DNA of 64,000 nucleotides from Sedimentisphaerales bacterium (GTDB lineage Bacteria > Planctomycetota > Phycisphaerae > Sedimentisphaerales > SM23-30). Under the pieces are notes generated by a model. It was given only the letters and a program-made list of their open reading frames with translations, searched no databases and was not told the origin of the DNA. This document shows, in pieces, positions 20,283 to 29,588 of the stretch. A program made the position numbers and the translations under genes. Within the stretch, counting starts at the first letter, position 1. The number at the start of each line of letters is the position of its first letter. The stretch covers positions 96,001 through 160,000 of the forward strand of contig CAXXMR010000002.1 in NCBI GenBank assembly GCA_963663805.2, written 5' to 3'.

Positions 20283-20891
20283 TTATAATACTGCCATGAC
20301 CGTATTGCTTGGTTCGCCGTCCCCGGCTTTGTTGGTTGCTACAATCCGATATTCTAGTTCTTTCCCGGTGGGTTGTTCGACCAGGGTGGCTTCGCTGACG
20401 ACCGCGGTGGCAACATCCTGCCAGGGGCCTTCCGGTCTTTCCCGCCGCATTACCTTATAAGCGGCTGGTTTGCCGCCGTCGGCGGGTTTTTTCCAGTCCA
20501 GGAATATCCAGCCCGCACCCTGCCGGGGAGCTTCCAGCAATCTTGTCTGGCCGGGTATCTGCAAGGCGGTCGCGGATTTTCGCCCGCCCCAGCCCAAGAG
20601 CTTAAGCTTGTCGTCATCAAAGTCGACCGTATTCTCGGCATACCTCAGATCGCTTTTCATGGCTTCAACGAGTTCATCCAGGGCCGCGTCTTTGTCTGCG
20701 GTGGCCTGTTCCGCCGCGGCCTGGGCGGCTATCAGGGCGTTTTTGACGCTAAGATAAGTCGTTTGGCATACAGTCAGATCGACGGGTTCTACCGGCGGGG
20801 AAGGATAAATCCCGATATTGTCCGTCAGTCCGTTTACCAGTGCTTCTGCCAGTGCCACAATGTCAGCTTCTGTCTTGGGGAATCTTGCCAT
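20283..20891 (-). CDS. Cytoplasmic protein with helical N-domain and C-terminal fibronectin type III domain
   Basis: LDWKKPADGG..YKVMRR..W..YRIVATNKAGDGEPSN FN3 pattern; RBS GGAAGGAAG; no signal peptide. Confidence 0.85.
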   Translation of the reverse strand: MARFPKTEADIVALAEALVNGLTDNIGIYPSPPVEPVDLTVCQTTYLSVKNALIAAQAAAEQATADKDAALDELVEAMKSDLRYAENTVDFDDDKLKLLGWGGRKSATALQIPGQTRLLEAPRQGAGWIFLDWKKPADGGKPAAYKVMRRERPEGPWQDVATAVVSEATLVEQPTGKELEYRIVATNKAGDGEPSNTVMAVL

Positions 20892-21035
20892 AATCTACTT
20901 CCTTCCATTAAAAAAGAGTTAAACTATTAGCCCCGGCTACCGTTATGCCGGGTTTTGATCGCCGATTTTGTGGCCGTGTGCCAAAAATTAGATAAGTCCT
21001 TGTAAGTAATAGATTTAAGCCGGTCCTGGCTCGTT

Positions 21036-21287
21036 TGCTCTGCCTCGGAGTAAGCTTACTTTGTCACAGGTCACGTCTGCTTTACCTCGGAGTAAGCTTA
21101 CTTTACCACAGGTCACGTCTGCTTTGCCACGGAGTAAGCTTACTTTACCACAGGTCACGTCTGCTCTGCCTCGGAGTAAGCTTACTTTACCGCAGGTTAT
21201 GCTTACTTTACCTCGGAGTAAGCTTACCTTATCACAGGTTACGCTTACTTTGTCACGGGTAAAATTTGCCTTATCACATAGAATAAG
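21036..21287. repeat. Tandem array of 12 x 21 bp with alternating units (42-bp higher-order period)
   Basis: Units such as TGCTTTGCCACGGAGTAAGCT and TACTTTACCACAGGTCACGTC alternate; palindrome AGTAAGCTTACT at 21049, 21091, 21133, 21175 and (one mismatch) 21217. Confidence 0.97.
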
Positions 21288-21289
21288 TA

Positions 21290-21649
21290 TCAATCGCTTT
21301 GTGCTATTATTTCTGTGATTCGCTTTGCGGCCTTACCGTCCCAGAATTCAGGAATTCGGCCGCTGAGATTGAAACCTGCCGACTTGATTTGTTCATAGTT
21401 CGCCAGAATATCAGTCGTGGTGATATGCACTTTCTCGTCTGCCACACCTTCATTTTTGAGATTATCAAGCCCCGATTGTTCCGTCACAAACAGGAGGTCG
21501 CTGATCCGATCAGTCAGAACACGATTAATCTCTTTGGGCATATTCATATCAAAACTCCGCAGGCCCGCCTCCACATGAATAAGCTTAACGCCCATCTTTA
21601 CCGCCACCAGCCCGCAGGCGATAGTGCTGTTCACATCACCGACAACCAT
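21290..21649 (-). pseudogene. wecB: UDP-N-acetylglucosamine 2-epimerase remnant (5' truncation plus internal deletion)
   Basis: VVGDVNST..HVEAGLRSFD..P.EINR..DLLF joined directly to the C-terminal PEFWDGKAAKRI; only 119 aa. Confidence 0.9.
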
Positions 21650-21679
21650 TTCCCAAAGCCGTGTATTTAAGTAGATGTC

Positions 21680-21727
21680 GTTGCCGTTTAAAATCCGCGT
21701 AATCCGCTGCCAAATATTGTCGTTGTT
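21680..21727 (+). repeat. Dispersed intergenic repeat module GTTGCCGTT-AAAATCCGCGTAATCCGC
   Basis: Related copies near 45046-45090, 48012-48058, 48171-48212 and 49667-49722. Confidence 0.85.
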
Positions 21728-21738
21728 TGTGCTGCTTT

Positions 21739-22740
21739 TTATCTATGTTCTTGCAGAATCTTTTCCTGCTGAGCGATTTTCATATCCGAATCGGTCATCA
21801 TCTGGGCCAATTGTTTGAAGGTAACCTTCGGTTCCCAGCCCAGAATTTTCTTGGCTTTACTGCAATCGCCCAGCAGCAAATCAACTTCGGTTGGACGATA
21901 GTAACGCGGGTCAATCTCCACATATTTATTCCAGTCTAAATCGAGATGACCAAATACCTCATCCAGAAATTCCCGCACCGAATGAGTTTCACCCGTAGAA
22001 ACCACATAATCATCCGCCTTATCCTGCTGCAACATCAGCCACATCGCTTCCACATAATCACCCGCGAAGCCCCAATCCCGCTTGGCGTCCAGATTACCCA
22101 GATAAAGCTTGTTCTGCAAACCCAGTTTGATTCTCGTTGCCGCACGCGTAATCTTTCGAGTCACAAAAGTTTCACCGCGTCGGGGAGATTCATGATTGAA
22201 GAGAATACCGTTACAGGTAAACATATTATAAGCCTCACGATGATTTACCGTCTGCCAGAAGCTGTAAACCTTCGCACAGCCATAAGGACTCCGCGGATAA
22301 AAAGGGGTCTCTTCGGTCTGAGGGGTTTCCAAAACCTTGCCGAACATTTCACTGCTCGAGGCCTGATAAAACCGCGGCGGACGCGCCATAGTGCGAATCG
22401 CCTCCAGCAACCGCAGCGTACCCAATGCGTCAACATTAACCGTATATATCGGCTGGTCAAAACTTACCCGAACATGACTCTGGGCTGCCAGATTATAAAC
22501 CTCGTCCGGATTAATATCGTTAAGTATCTGGTTCAGGTTCCCGCCGTCAGTAAGATCGCCGTAGATTAACTTCAACGCCGGCTTGTTATGCGGATCATCA
22601 TAAAGATGGTCAATCCGCTCGGTATTGAACGATGAACTCCGCCGAATCAAACCATGAACCTCATAACCTTTTTCCAGCAGCAATTCCGCTAGATAAGAAC
22701 CATCCTGACCCGTTATGCCTGTTATCAACGCTCTTTTCAT
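21739..22740 (-). CDS. gmd: GDP-mannose 4,6-dehydratase
   Basis: [55 protein letters not shown]. Confidence 0.97.
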   Translation of the reverse strand: MKRALITGITGQDGSYLAELLLEKGYEVHGLIRRSSSFNTERIDHLYDDPHNKPALKLIYGDLTDGGNLNQILNDINPDEVYNLAAQSHVRVSFDQPIYTVNVDALGTLRLLEAIRTMARPPRFYQASSSEMFGKVLETPQTEETPFYPRSPYGCAKVYSFWQTVNHREAYNMFTCNGILFNHESPRRGETFVTRKITRAATRIKLGLQNKLYLGNLDAKRDWGFAGDYVEAMWLMLQQDKADDYVVSTGETHSVREFLDEVFGHLDLDWNKYVEIDPRYYRPTEVDLLLGDCSKAKKILGWEPKVTFKQLAQMMTDSDMKIAQQEKILQEHR

Positions 22741-22751
22741 TTATTACCTCG

Positions 22752-23732
22752 TCAATTCTTGAAACTGTCTTGCCTTGCCAGAAAATCCTGATAAGCCCGC
22801 CCAATTCCTTCCTCCAGGCCAATCTCTGGTTTCCAGCCCAATGAAAATATCCGCGAACTGTCCATCAGCTTCTTGGGAGTACCGTCAGGTTTGGTCGTAT
22901 CCCAAATCAGCTTACCTGTAAAGCCAACTATCCGGGCTACCGTCTCCGCCAGCTCTTTGATTGTCATATCACACCCGCTGCCGATATTCACCAGCGGAGC
23001 AACATCTTCATGCCCTACAAATTTACTGAATCTTTCATCATCCATATTCAGCAAAAACACACAGCCCGCCGCCAAATCCTGATTAAACAAAAATTCCCGA
23101 TAAGGACTGCCCGTCCCCCATAACGTAACTGAATCCCGGCCCGCTTCCTTCGCTTCGTGCATTTTCCGAATCATTGCCGGCATGACATGCGAATTCTGCA
23201 AATCATAATTATCACCCGGCCCATATAGATTCGTCGGCATCGCCGCGATATACCGTGTTTTATATTGACGATTGTAAGACCAGCACTGCTCGATCCCGCC
23301 AATTTTAGCTATGGCGTAAGGCCGATTCGTCGGCTCCAGATAGCCGCTGAGCAGATGTTCTTCTTTCATAGGCTGCGGTGCCATCTTCGGATAGATGCAC
23401 GATGAACCTAAAAACAGCAGTCGTTTAACCCCAGCCAGATAAGCACTGTGAATTATGTTACACTGAATCATCATGTTCTCAAAATAGAACTGAGCCGGAT
23501 AGGTGTTGTTCGCGATAATCCCGCCCACCTTGGCCGCCGCCAGAAAAACATATTCCGGTTTGTTGGCCTCAAAAAACTCACGCGCCTCAGCCTGAACAGT
23601 CATGTCAACACCCGGAAACTCCGACGTGACAATATTCTCATAACCCAGCTCAGCCAACCGACGATAAATCGCCCCGCCCACCAAACCAGTATGCCCCGCT
23701 ACATATATCTTCGCTTCTTTGTCCATAAACAT
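22752..23732 (-). CDS. fcl: GDP-L-fucose synthase
   Basis: IYVAGHTGLVG, AAKVGGI.AN, LGSSCIYPK, MPTNLYGPGDN; start moved to the ATG after the upstream stop. Confidence 0.96.
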   Translation of the reverse strand: MFMDKEAKIYVAGHTGLVGGAIYRRLAELGYENIVTSEFPGVDMTVQAEAREFFEANKPEYVFLAAAKVGGIIANNTYPAQFYFENMMIQCNIIHSAYLAGVKRLLFLGSSCIYPKMAPQPMKEEHLLSGYLEPTNRPYAIAKIGGIEQCWSYNRQYKTRYIAAMPTNLYGPGDNYDLQNSHVMPAMIRKMHEAKEAGRDSVTLWGTGSPYREFLFNQDLAAGCVFLLNMDDERFSKFVGHEDVAPLVNIGSGCDMTIKELAETVARIVGFTGKLIWDTTKPDGTPKKLMDSSRIFSLGWKPEIGLEEGIGRAYQDFLARQDSFKN

Positions 23733-23734
23733 AA

Positions 23735-24787
23735 TTATACCCCGTAAAACTCCCGATACCACTTAACAAACCGGGCGATACCTTCCTCAATCGGCGTATC
23801 TGGTTTGTAATCCAAATCTTCGCAAAGGTCCCTAACATCCGCCCAGGTTGCCGGCACATCGCCCATCTGCAGCGGCAGCATGTTCTTCTCGGCCTTCTTG
23901 CCAACGGCCTTTTCGATAGCCTCAATAAAACTCATCAACAGCACCGGCGAAGAATTACCAATATTATAAACCTTATACGGCGCCTTCGAACACGACGGGT
24001 CCGTCTCCGCCCCGCTCCATTTGGGATTACCCGCCGCCGGATTATCTATCACCCGCACCACCCCTTCAACAATATCATCGATATAAGTAAAATCGCGTTT
24101 CATTTCCCCATAGTTAAACACATCGATAGGCTTATCTTCCAGAATCGCTTTCGTAAATAAAAATAACGCCATGTCAGGCCGTCCCCACGGACCATAAACC
24201 GTAAAGAACCGCAGCCCTGTCGTCGGCAGCCCAAACAAATGACTGTAGCAATGTGCCATCAGTTCATTACTCTTTTTGCTCGCCGCGTACAAACTCACCG
24301 GATGGTCCACATTATCCGAAGTCGAAAACGGCATCGCCTCGTTCAGCCCATAAACGCTCGAACTGCTCGCATACGCCAGATGCTCCACCTCATTATGCCG
24401 ACACCCTTCCAGAATATTCACAAACCCCACCAGATTCGCGCTCACATAAGCCTGCGGATTCACCAGGCTGTACCGCACCCCCGCCTGAGCCGCCAGATTG
24501 CATACCCGGTCAAACTTCTCCGCCGCGAACAGCTTATCCAGATTCTCCTTATCCTCCAGCTGCATCTGCACAAAACGATAATTCGGATACTTCCCGCTGC
24601 TCAGTACCTTATTATACTCCAAAGCACCCGCGTCAATCCCGCACCGCTCCAGCCGACCCTGCTTGACCCGAACATCATAATAATCATTAACACTGTCCAG
24701 CCCCACCACCTCGTCACCCCGCTCCAGAAGCCGAACCGCCAAATGATAACCAATAAACCCCGCCGTACCCGTCACTAATATTTTCAT
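23735..24787 (-). CDS. UDP-glucuronate 4-epimerase (NAD-dependent epimerase)
   Basis: GTAGFIG, NLAAQAGVRYSL, HPVSLYAASKK, RFFTVYGPWGRPDMA. Confidence 0.93.
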   Translation of the reverse strand: MKILVTGTAGFIGYHLAVRLLERGDEVVGLDSVNDYYDVRVKQGRLERCGIDAGALEYNKVLSSGKYPNYRFVQMQLEDKENLDKLFAAEKFDRVCNLAAQAGVRYSLVNPQAYVSANLVGFVNILEGCRHNEVEHLAYASSSSVYGLNEAMPFSTSDNVDHPVSLYAASKKSNELMAHCYSHLFGLPTTGLRFFTVYGPWGRPDMALFLFTKAILEDKPIDVFNYGEMKRDFTYIDDIVEGVVRVIDNPAAGNPKWSGAETDPSCSKAPYKVYNIGNSSPVLLMSFIEAIEKAVGKKAEKNMLPLQMGDVPATWADVRDLCEDLDYKPDTPIEEGIARFVKWYREFYGV

Positions 24788-24790
24788 CTT

Positions 24791-25186
24791 TTAACCTAAA
24801 CTCTCTAAAGCACGTTTAGACTCAGAAATAAACGATTCTGCCTTGCCAATGATTTCCAATGTCTGTTCTCTGGATATTTCAACAAACTCTCGATAGTCAC
24901 AACGTTGCCGTAATTCAAATGCCTCGCGAAAATGTCGCCCAGACTCAACCGAAATCTCACCGGTCTTAACAAAATTCTGACTAAAAAGACTCAGAACTCC
25001 GCTATGTTTACTGCTGCCCAGATGTTTAGCTGCCAGCAAACCCAATCCGCAATAGAACATCGCGTAATAAGCACGATTCACCGCATCCCGAAAATGACCT
25101 GACTCGCATAACTCCTTAGCCACAGCCAGGGTTTCCTGAGACTGCTCAAATCGATATTTAATCAGCTTATTTAGGTTTTCTGTCAT
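24791..25186 (-). CDS. HEPN domain protein
   Basis: AVNRAYYAMFY, SKHSGV, FELRQRCDY; its ATG overlaps the TGA of the upstream MNT gene. Confidence 0.88.
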   Translation of the reverse strand: MTENLNKLIKYRFEQSQETLAVAKELCESGHFRDAVNRAYYAMFYCGLGLLAAKHLGSSKHSGVLSLFSQNFVKTGEISVESGRHFREAFELRQRCDYREFVEISREQTLEIIGKAESFISESKRALESLG

Positions 25187-25506
25187 AAAGCCAGACCATA
25201 TTTCCTGACATTCATAACCAGAGGGGATTCTCCCAGTGGCCCATCTTTTAGTTCCGAAGTGCTGTAGCACGCTACGGAAAAAACTCTGCCATACTTCAGC
25301 TCTGCTTGGAAGCAAAGGGAGATGATTTCCTTTTCAATTTCCCAGTTTACTTCAGGCAGAACCACAAAAATGTCAATGTCAGAATATTCATCCATTTCAT
25401 CCCGTGCCGCCGAGCCATACAGAATAACTTCAGCGGCGTGAAAGCGTTGATATAACGACTTCGACAAGTCGGCCAACCCCTGCTTTTCTTCACTGGTAAG
25501 ATTCAT
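25183..25506 (-). CDS. Minimal nucleotidyltransferase (MNT)
   Basis: ILYGSAAR....YSDIDIFVV (GS-x10-DxD); 107 aa from ATG 25506. Confidence 0.9.
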   Translation of the reverse strand: MNLTSEEKQGLADLSKSLYQRFHAAEVILYGSAARDEMDEYSDIDIFVVLPEVNWEIEKEIISLCFQAELKYGRVFSVACYSTSELKDGPLGESPLVMNVRKYGLAL

Positions 25507-25513
25507 GTCTAAC

Positions 25514-26833
25514 CTACGCCACTCCCTCTGGCCTGCCAATGCAATGATACTCAATCCCCTGCTTCTTAACATAAGCCGGACTATAAAGATTACGCCCATC
25601 AAAAATCACCGGCCGCTTCAGCCGTTTGACAATCTGCTCAAAATCAGGACTGCGGAACTCCTGCCATTCCGTAAATATCATCAGGCCATCCGCGCCGTCC
25701 AGAGCTTCGTAACTTTCCGGGAAAGTTTCTATCTTGCCCGCCAGTTCCGCCGAAGCGTTAGCCATCGCTTCGGGGTCATAAGCCCGAACCTTTATGCCCG
25801 ACGCCAGAAACTTCTCGATGCACCGCAACGCCGGCGACTCCCGCACATCATCCGTCCGCGCCTTAAACGCCAGACCCCACACCGCTAAAACCACTTCTTC
25901 CGATTTGCCCGCGTAATAATCCAGCACCCGCTGAGCGAATCTATCCTGCTGAGTCAGGTTGGCCTGCTGCACCGAACGAACTATAGTCATATCAATCTGC
26001 GTCTGCTCCCCCATATAAATCAACGCCCGCACATCCTTCGGGAAACAACTGCCCCCGTACCCCACGCTCGGAAACAAAAACGAATTACCAATCCGCGAAT
26101 CACTGCCCATGCCGACCCGAACCTTGTCCACGTCCGCGCCGTAAGCGTCGCACAATTGCGAAATTTCGTTCATAAACGAAATCCGCGTCGCCAGCATCGA
26201 GTTCGCCGCATACTTAGCCATCTCCGCCGAAGCCGGGTCCATAAACAAAATACGACTGCCCTTCATCATAAAGGGAGCGTATATCTGCTTCATGATCTCC
26301 ATGACCGCCGGATTGGTCGTCCCTATAATTACCCGGTCCGGCTTCATGAAATCTTCCACCGCCGAACCTTCTTTCAGGAATTCCGGGTTGCTCACATAAT
26401 CAAACGGATGCGAAGTTTTCGACAGCACCAAATCCGAAACTTTACGATGTGTCCCCACCGGCACTGTGCTTTTGGTAACCAGAATGCGATACCCGTCCAT
26501 CAACTCCGCTACATCGCCCGCGACTTTCAGAATCGCCGATATATCTGCCGAACCATCCGCCGCCGAAGGGGTACCTACCGCCAGAAATACCAGCAACGAA
26601 TTATCCACGCCTTCTTGCAGGTCCGTAGTGAAAATCAGCCGGCCCGCCTTGTGATTATGCTTGACTATCTCGGTAAGACCGGGCTCGTAAATAGGTATCA
26701 CCCCATTTTTCAAACCCTCGATCTTCTTCTCGTCCAGGTCCACGCAGTAAACATGATTGCCGCCCTCGGCAAAACAAGCCGCCGCTACCAAACCAACATA
26801 ACCAACACCAACAACCGCTATCTTCATAATCAA
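25514..26833 (-). CDS. ugd: UDP-glucose 6-dehydrogenase
   Basis: GVGYVG, PIYEPGL, KSTVPVGT, SNPEFLKEG, GYGGSCFPKD. Confidence 0.95.
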   Translation of the reverse strand: MIMKIAVVGVGYVGLVAAACFAEGGNHVYCVDLDEKKIEGLKNGVIPIYEPGLTEIVKHNHKAGRLIFTTDLQEGVDNSLLVFLAVGTPSAADGSADISAILKVAGDVAELMDGYRILVTKSTVPVGTHRKVSDLVLSKTSHPFDYVSNPEFLKEGSAVEDFMKPDRVIIGTTNPAVMEIMKQIYAPFMMKGSRILFMDPASAEMAKYAANSMLATRISFMNEISQLCDAYGADVDKVRVGMGSDSRIGNSFLFPSVGYGGSCFPKDVRALIYMGEQTQIDMTIVRSVQQANLTQQDRFAQRVLDYYAGKSEEVVLAVWGLAFKARTDDVRESPALRCIEKFLASGIKVRAYDPEAMANASAELAGKIETFPESYEALDGADGLMIFTEWQEFRSPDFEQIVKRLKRPVIFDGRNLYSPAYVKKQGIEYHCIGRPEGVA

Positions 26834-26916
26834 ATTCTGTCGTTAATAATAAATTATTCTCGCCGAAGGCGAAACCAAGCCGTTCACTCTTGCCTAATGC
26901 CTCTTGCCTTCCTCAA

Positions 26917-28254
26917 TCAAGCCTTAAATATCTTCTTGCGACCAACCTTAACATCCGCCGTGGCGTTACGCGTATCAATCACCAGCTTCGAGTTCTGTAC
27001 AATCCACTTGTAATCATAATCACTGTGGTCCGTCGCGATAACCACCACATCATACTTCTTCAAACCCGCCGCTGTCAGCTTCACGCTCTTCATCTTCAAA
27101 TCATATTCACGCTGCTTATGCGTCTGCGGAATATAAGGATCATTATAATCAACCTTCGCGCCCTTATTCCTGAACAACTCGATCAGCTCCAGAGAAGGCG
27201 ACTCCCGCACGTCATCAATATCTTTCTTGTACGCCAGCCCCAGAATCAAAACCTTGGAACCATTAATACTCTTCTTGCTCTCGTTCAACGCTTCCATCGT
27301 CCGGCTCACCACATAATGCGGCATATCCGTATTGATCTCACCCGCCAATTCGATAAAGCGGGTCGGCATCCCAAACTGACGAGCCTTCCACGTCAGGTAG
27401 AACGGGTCGATAGGAATGCAGTGACCGCCCAGACCCGGCCCCGGATAAAAAGGCTGAAAACCAAATGGCTTGCTCGACGCCCCTTTAACTACTTCCCACA
27501 CATCGATACCCATCCGGTCGAAAAGCATCTTTAGCTCATTTACCATCGCGATATTAACACAACGATAAACGTTTTCGACAATCTTAACCGCCTCAGCAGT
27601 TTCGCAACTGTCCACCGGGATAATCGTCTCAATCGCGTATTTATAAATATCCAACGCGACCTGCAAAGCCTTCTCATCATAACCGCCCACAACCTTGGGA
27701 ATCGTACGCGTATTATAGAACTTATTGCCCGGATCCTCACGTTCCGGCGAATAAGCCAGATGAAAATCCTTGCCCGCTTTCAAGCCCGAACCCGCCTCCA
27801 GAATCGGCAACATCAGCTCACGAGTCGTACCCGGATAAGTAGTACTCTCCAGCACAATCAACTGCCCTTTACGCATATTTTTCGAAATCGTCTTACACGT
27901 TTCTTCTACGTAGAACATGTCCGGCTCGCGATTAGCCGTCAAAGGCGTCGGCACGCAAATCAGCAAAGCGTCAGGCTTTCGCATCTGCTTCATATCAGTA
28001 GTGCCCTGATAGCGACCCGATTTGACCATGTTTTTGATATGCTCATGAGGAATATGTTTCAGCGGGCTTTTGCCGCTGTTGATACGCTTGACCGCGCTCT
28101 CGTTGACATCAAAACCCAGAACCTCAGCCCCGCCCGCCACAAATTCCCGCGCCAGAGGCAGACCGACATAACCCAGCCCCACAATACCTACCAGCGGAAC
28201 TTTACCAGCCGCGGCCACCCCGCACTTTCTCTTACTCATCTTATTCCCTTTCAT
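26917..28254 (-). CDS. UDP-N-acetyl-hexosamine 6-dehydrogenase (WbpA/WecC-like)
   Basis: GLGYVGLPLA, LESTTYPGTT, YSPEREDPGN, GLGGHCIPIDP. Confidence 0.92.
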   Translation of the reverse strand: MKGNKMSKRKCGVAAAGKVPLVGIVGLGYVGLPLAREFVAGGAEVLGFDVNESAVKRINSGKSPLKHIPHEHIKNMVKSGRYQGTTDMKQMRKPDALLICVPTPLTANREPDMFYVEETCKTISKNMRKGQLIVLESTTYPGTTRELMLPILEAGSGLKAGKDFHLAYSPEREDPGNKFYNTRTIPKVVGGYDEKALQVALDIYKYAIETIIPVDSCETAEAVKIVENVYRCVNIAMVNELKMLFDRMGIDVWEVVKGASSKPFGFQPFYPGPGLGGHCIPIDPFYLTWKARQFGMPTRFIELAGEINTDMPHYVVSRTMEALNESKKSINGSKVLILGLAYKKDIDDVRESPSLELIELFRNKGAKVDYNDPYIPQTHKQREYDLKMKSVKLTAAGLKKYDVVVIATDHSDYDYKWIVQNSKLVIDTRNATADVKVGRKKIFKA

Positions 28255-28373
28255 AAATTAGTCAAAAACATGATTCCCCCACCAATCAACATCTGTTACT
28301 CTATTTAACCACACAACCAACAGAAACCCCGCCGTTCACTCTTGCCTCATCCCTCACGTCTTCTTCCCTCCAT

Positions 28374-28406
28374 CAGAGCCGCGCACGTTAGTAAGCGGTT
28401 GCCGTT
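28374..28406 (+). repeat. REP-like palindromic element, copy 1
   Basis: CAGAGCCGCGCACGTTAGTAAGCGGTTGCCGTT; near-identical copies at 36105, 39959 and 48142. Confidence 0.9.
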
Positions 28407-28452
28407 CGCCGTTAAAAAAAAATCCTGTAATCCTGTCCCAAAATATTAGTCG

Positions 28453-29391
28453 TTAATTCGCTACTGCCCGTATCAGCGAAACATAATCTCCCAAATCAAC
28501 AACCCCATCCCAAGGCTCAAAATCCGCCCCCTCACAATAATTGTTCCCCGGCCCACAGTCACTTTGCAGCCAGCCTTCCGCTAGTTTCAAAAGGTCAAAA
28601 ATATCAACCACACAGTCTTCATTCAAATCACCCGCCCGATAATCACAGCCGCTGTTCGCTTCAATAACCTCGTTTATCCATTTAGCGTATGAACTAACCC
28701 GAATTGCGTAATTGTTTTCACCGAACCGGCTTTCATCCAGACGGTCAACACCCTGATTCAATCCCATTACCCGCCATATCCCACCAATATTAATAAACCA
28801 TCCGCCCCCCGAATCATGGTCCGCCAGCACGCCCTCGTATTCCGTCGCAGAATATGCCCCCAAAATATCAAAGTCCGCCACCAGGCAGCCACTCGAAGCT
28901 ATGTCAACTTTGTTCGTGCACCATCTCTCAAACATACTGCCGGAATTCCCCCAGGTATATCCAATAAGATTGTTTGAGTTATCGAGCAGTTCTTCACCTC
29001 GACCCACACCCCAGCCGCCTATCACCACAGTTTTACCAACCTCATTATAATTCGTGAATAAGGGTACAAATCCCGGCAAGTTCGCATGCCCCAGTTTCGC
29101 CACCCGAATATCCTCACCGTTTGGCTCGCACCATTGTTCGACAACCGTGTAACCCACACCCTCGATTTTAACGATTGTGCCCACGCCCCCGCCTTGATGA
29201 GTTGTAGTTATCACCAGATTACGACCAATTACCACACATGATGCGTTGCTGCCCCATTTGCCTAATGCCGAACTGGCAGGACGCTCCGACCAGTCTGCCC
29301 CCGGCTCGCCCGCCGGATGCAATATCAAACCCCACGCCGGCACAACTACCAAAAGCCACGCACACAAAAACAAACATACAGCCTTGTACAT
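28453..29391 (-). CDS. Exported trypsin-like serine protease with C-terminal dockerin-like domain
   Basis: Signal peptide; triad candidates TTTH, EDIRV, HDSGG; GDLNEDCVVDIFDL and ADFEPWDGVVDLGDY calcium-loop repeats. Confidence 0.8.
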   Translation of the reverse strand: MYKAVCLFLCAWLLVVVPAWGLILHPAGEPGADWSERPASSALGKWGSNASCVVIGRNLVITTTHQGGGVGTIVKIEGVGYTVVEQWCEPNGEDIRVAKLGHANLPGFVPLFTNYNEVGKTVVIGGWGVGRGEELLDNSNNLIGYTWGNSGSMFERWCTNKVDIASSGCLVADFDILGAYSATEYEGVLADHDSGGGWFINIGGIWRVMGLNQGVDRLDESRFGENNYAIRVSSYAKWINEVIEANSGCDYRAGDLNEDCVVDIFDLLKLAEGWLQSDCGPGNNYCEGADFEPWDGVVDLGDYVSLIRAVAN

Positions 29392-29588
29392 CTTCCTCGA
29401 CCGTTCTCATCCCCACCAGAACTTCCGCAGAACACCAGCCTCCTCAAACCAGCACCCTGCCGCTTACAACTTCTTACACACTAATTCATATAAATCTCAA
29501 ATTCCTCAAAATTAAAATAAAAACCCTCGACCAAAGGTCGAACCTCGCCGTTTCCCTCTTGCCTCATCCCTCATCCCTCTTGCCTTCT

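Noticed and set aside
20968..20986. Sigma54 promoter for the FN3 gene (TTGGCAC on the minus strand)
   Set aside because: The -12 TTGC element is missing at the required spacing.
21036..21287. CRISPR or other guide-RNA array
   Set aside because: Segments between the palindromes are near-identical rather than unique spacers, and no cas or other nuclease gene is nearby.
26156..28308. Plus-strand ORFs of 182-285 aa
   Set aside because: Antisense shadows of the two nucleotide-sugar dehydrogenases.
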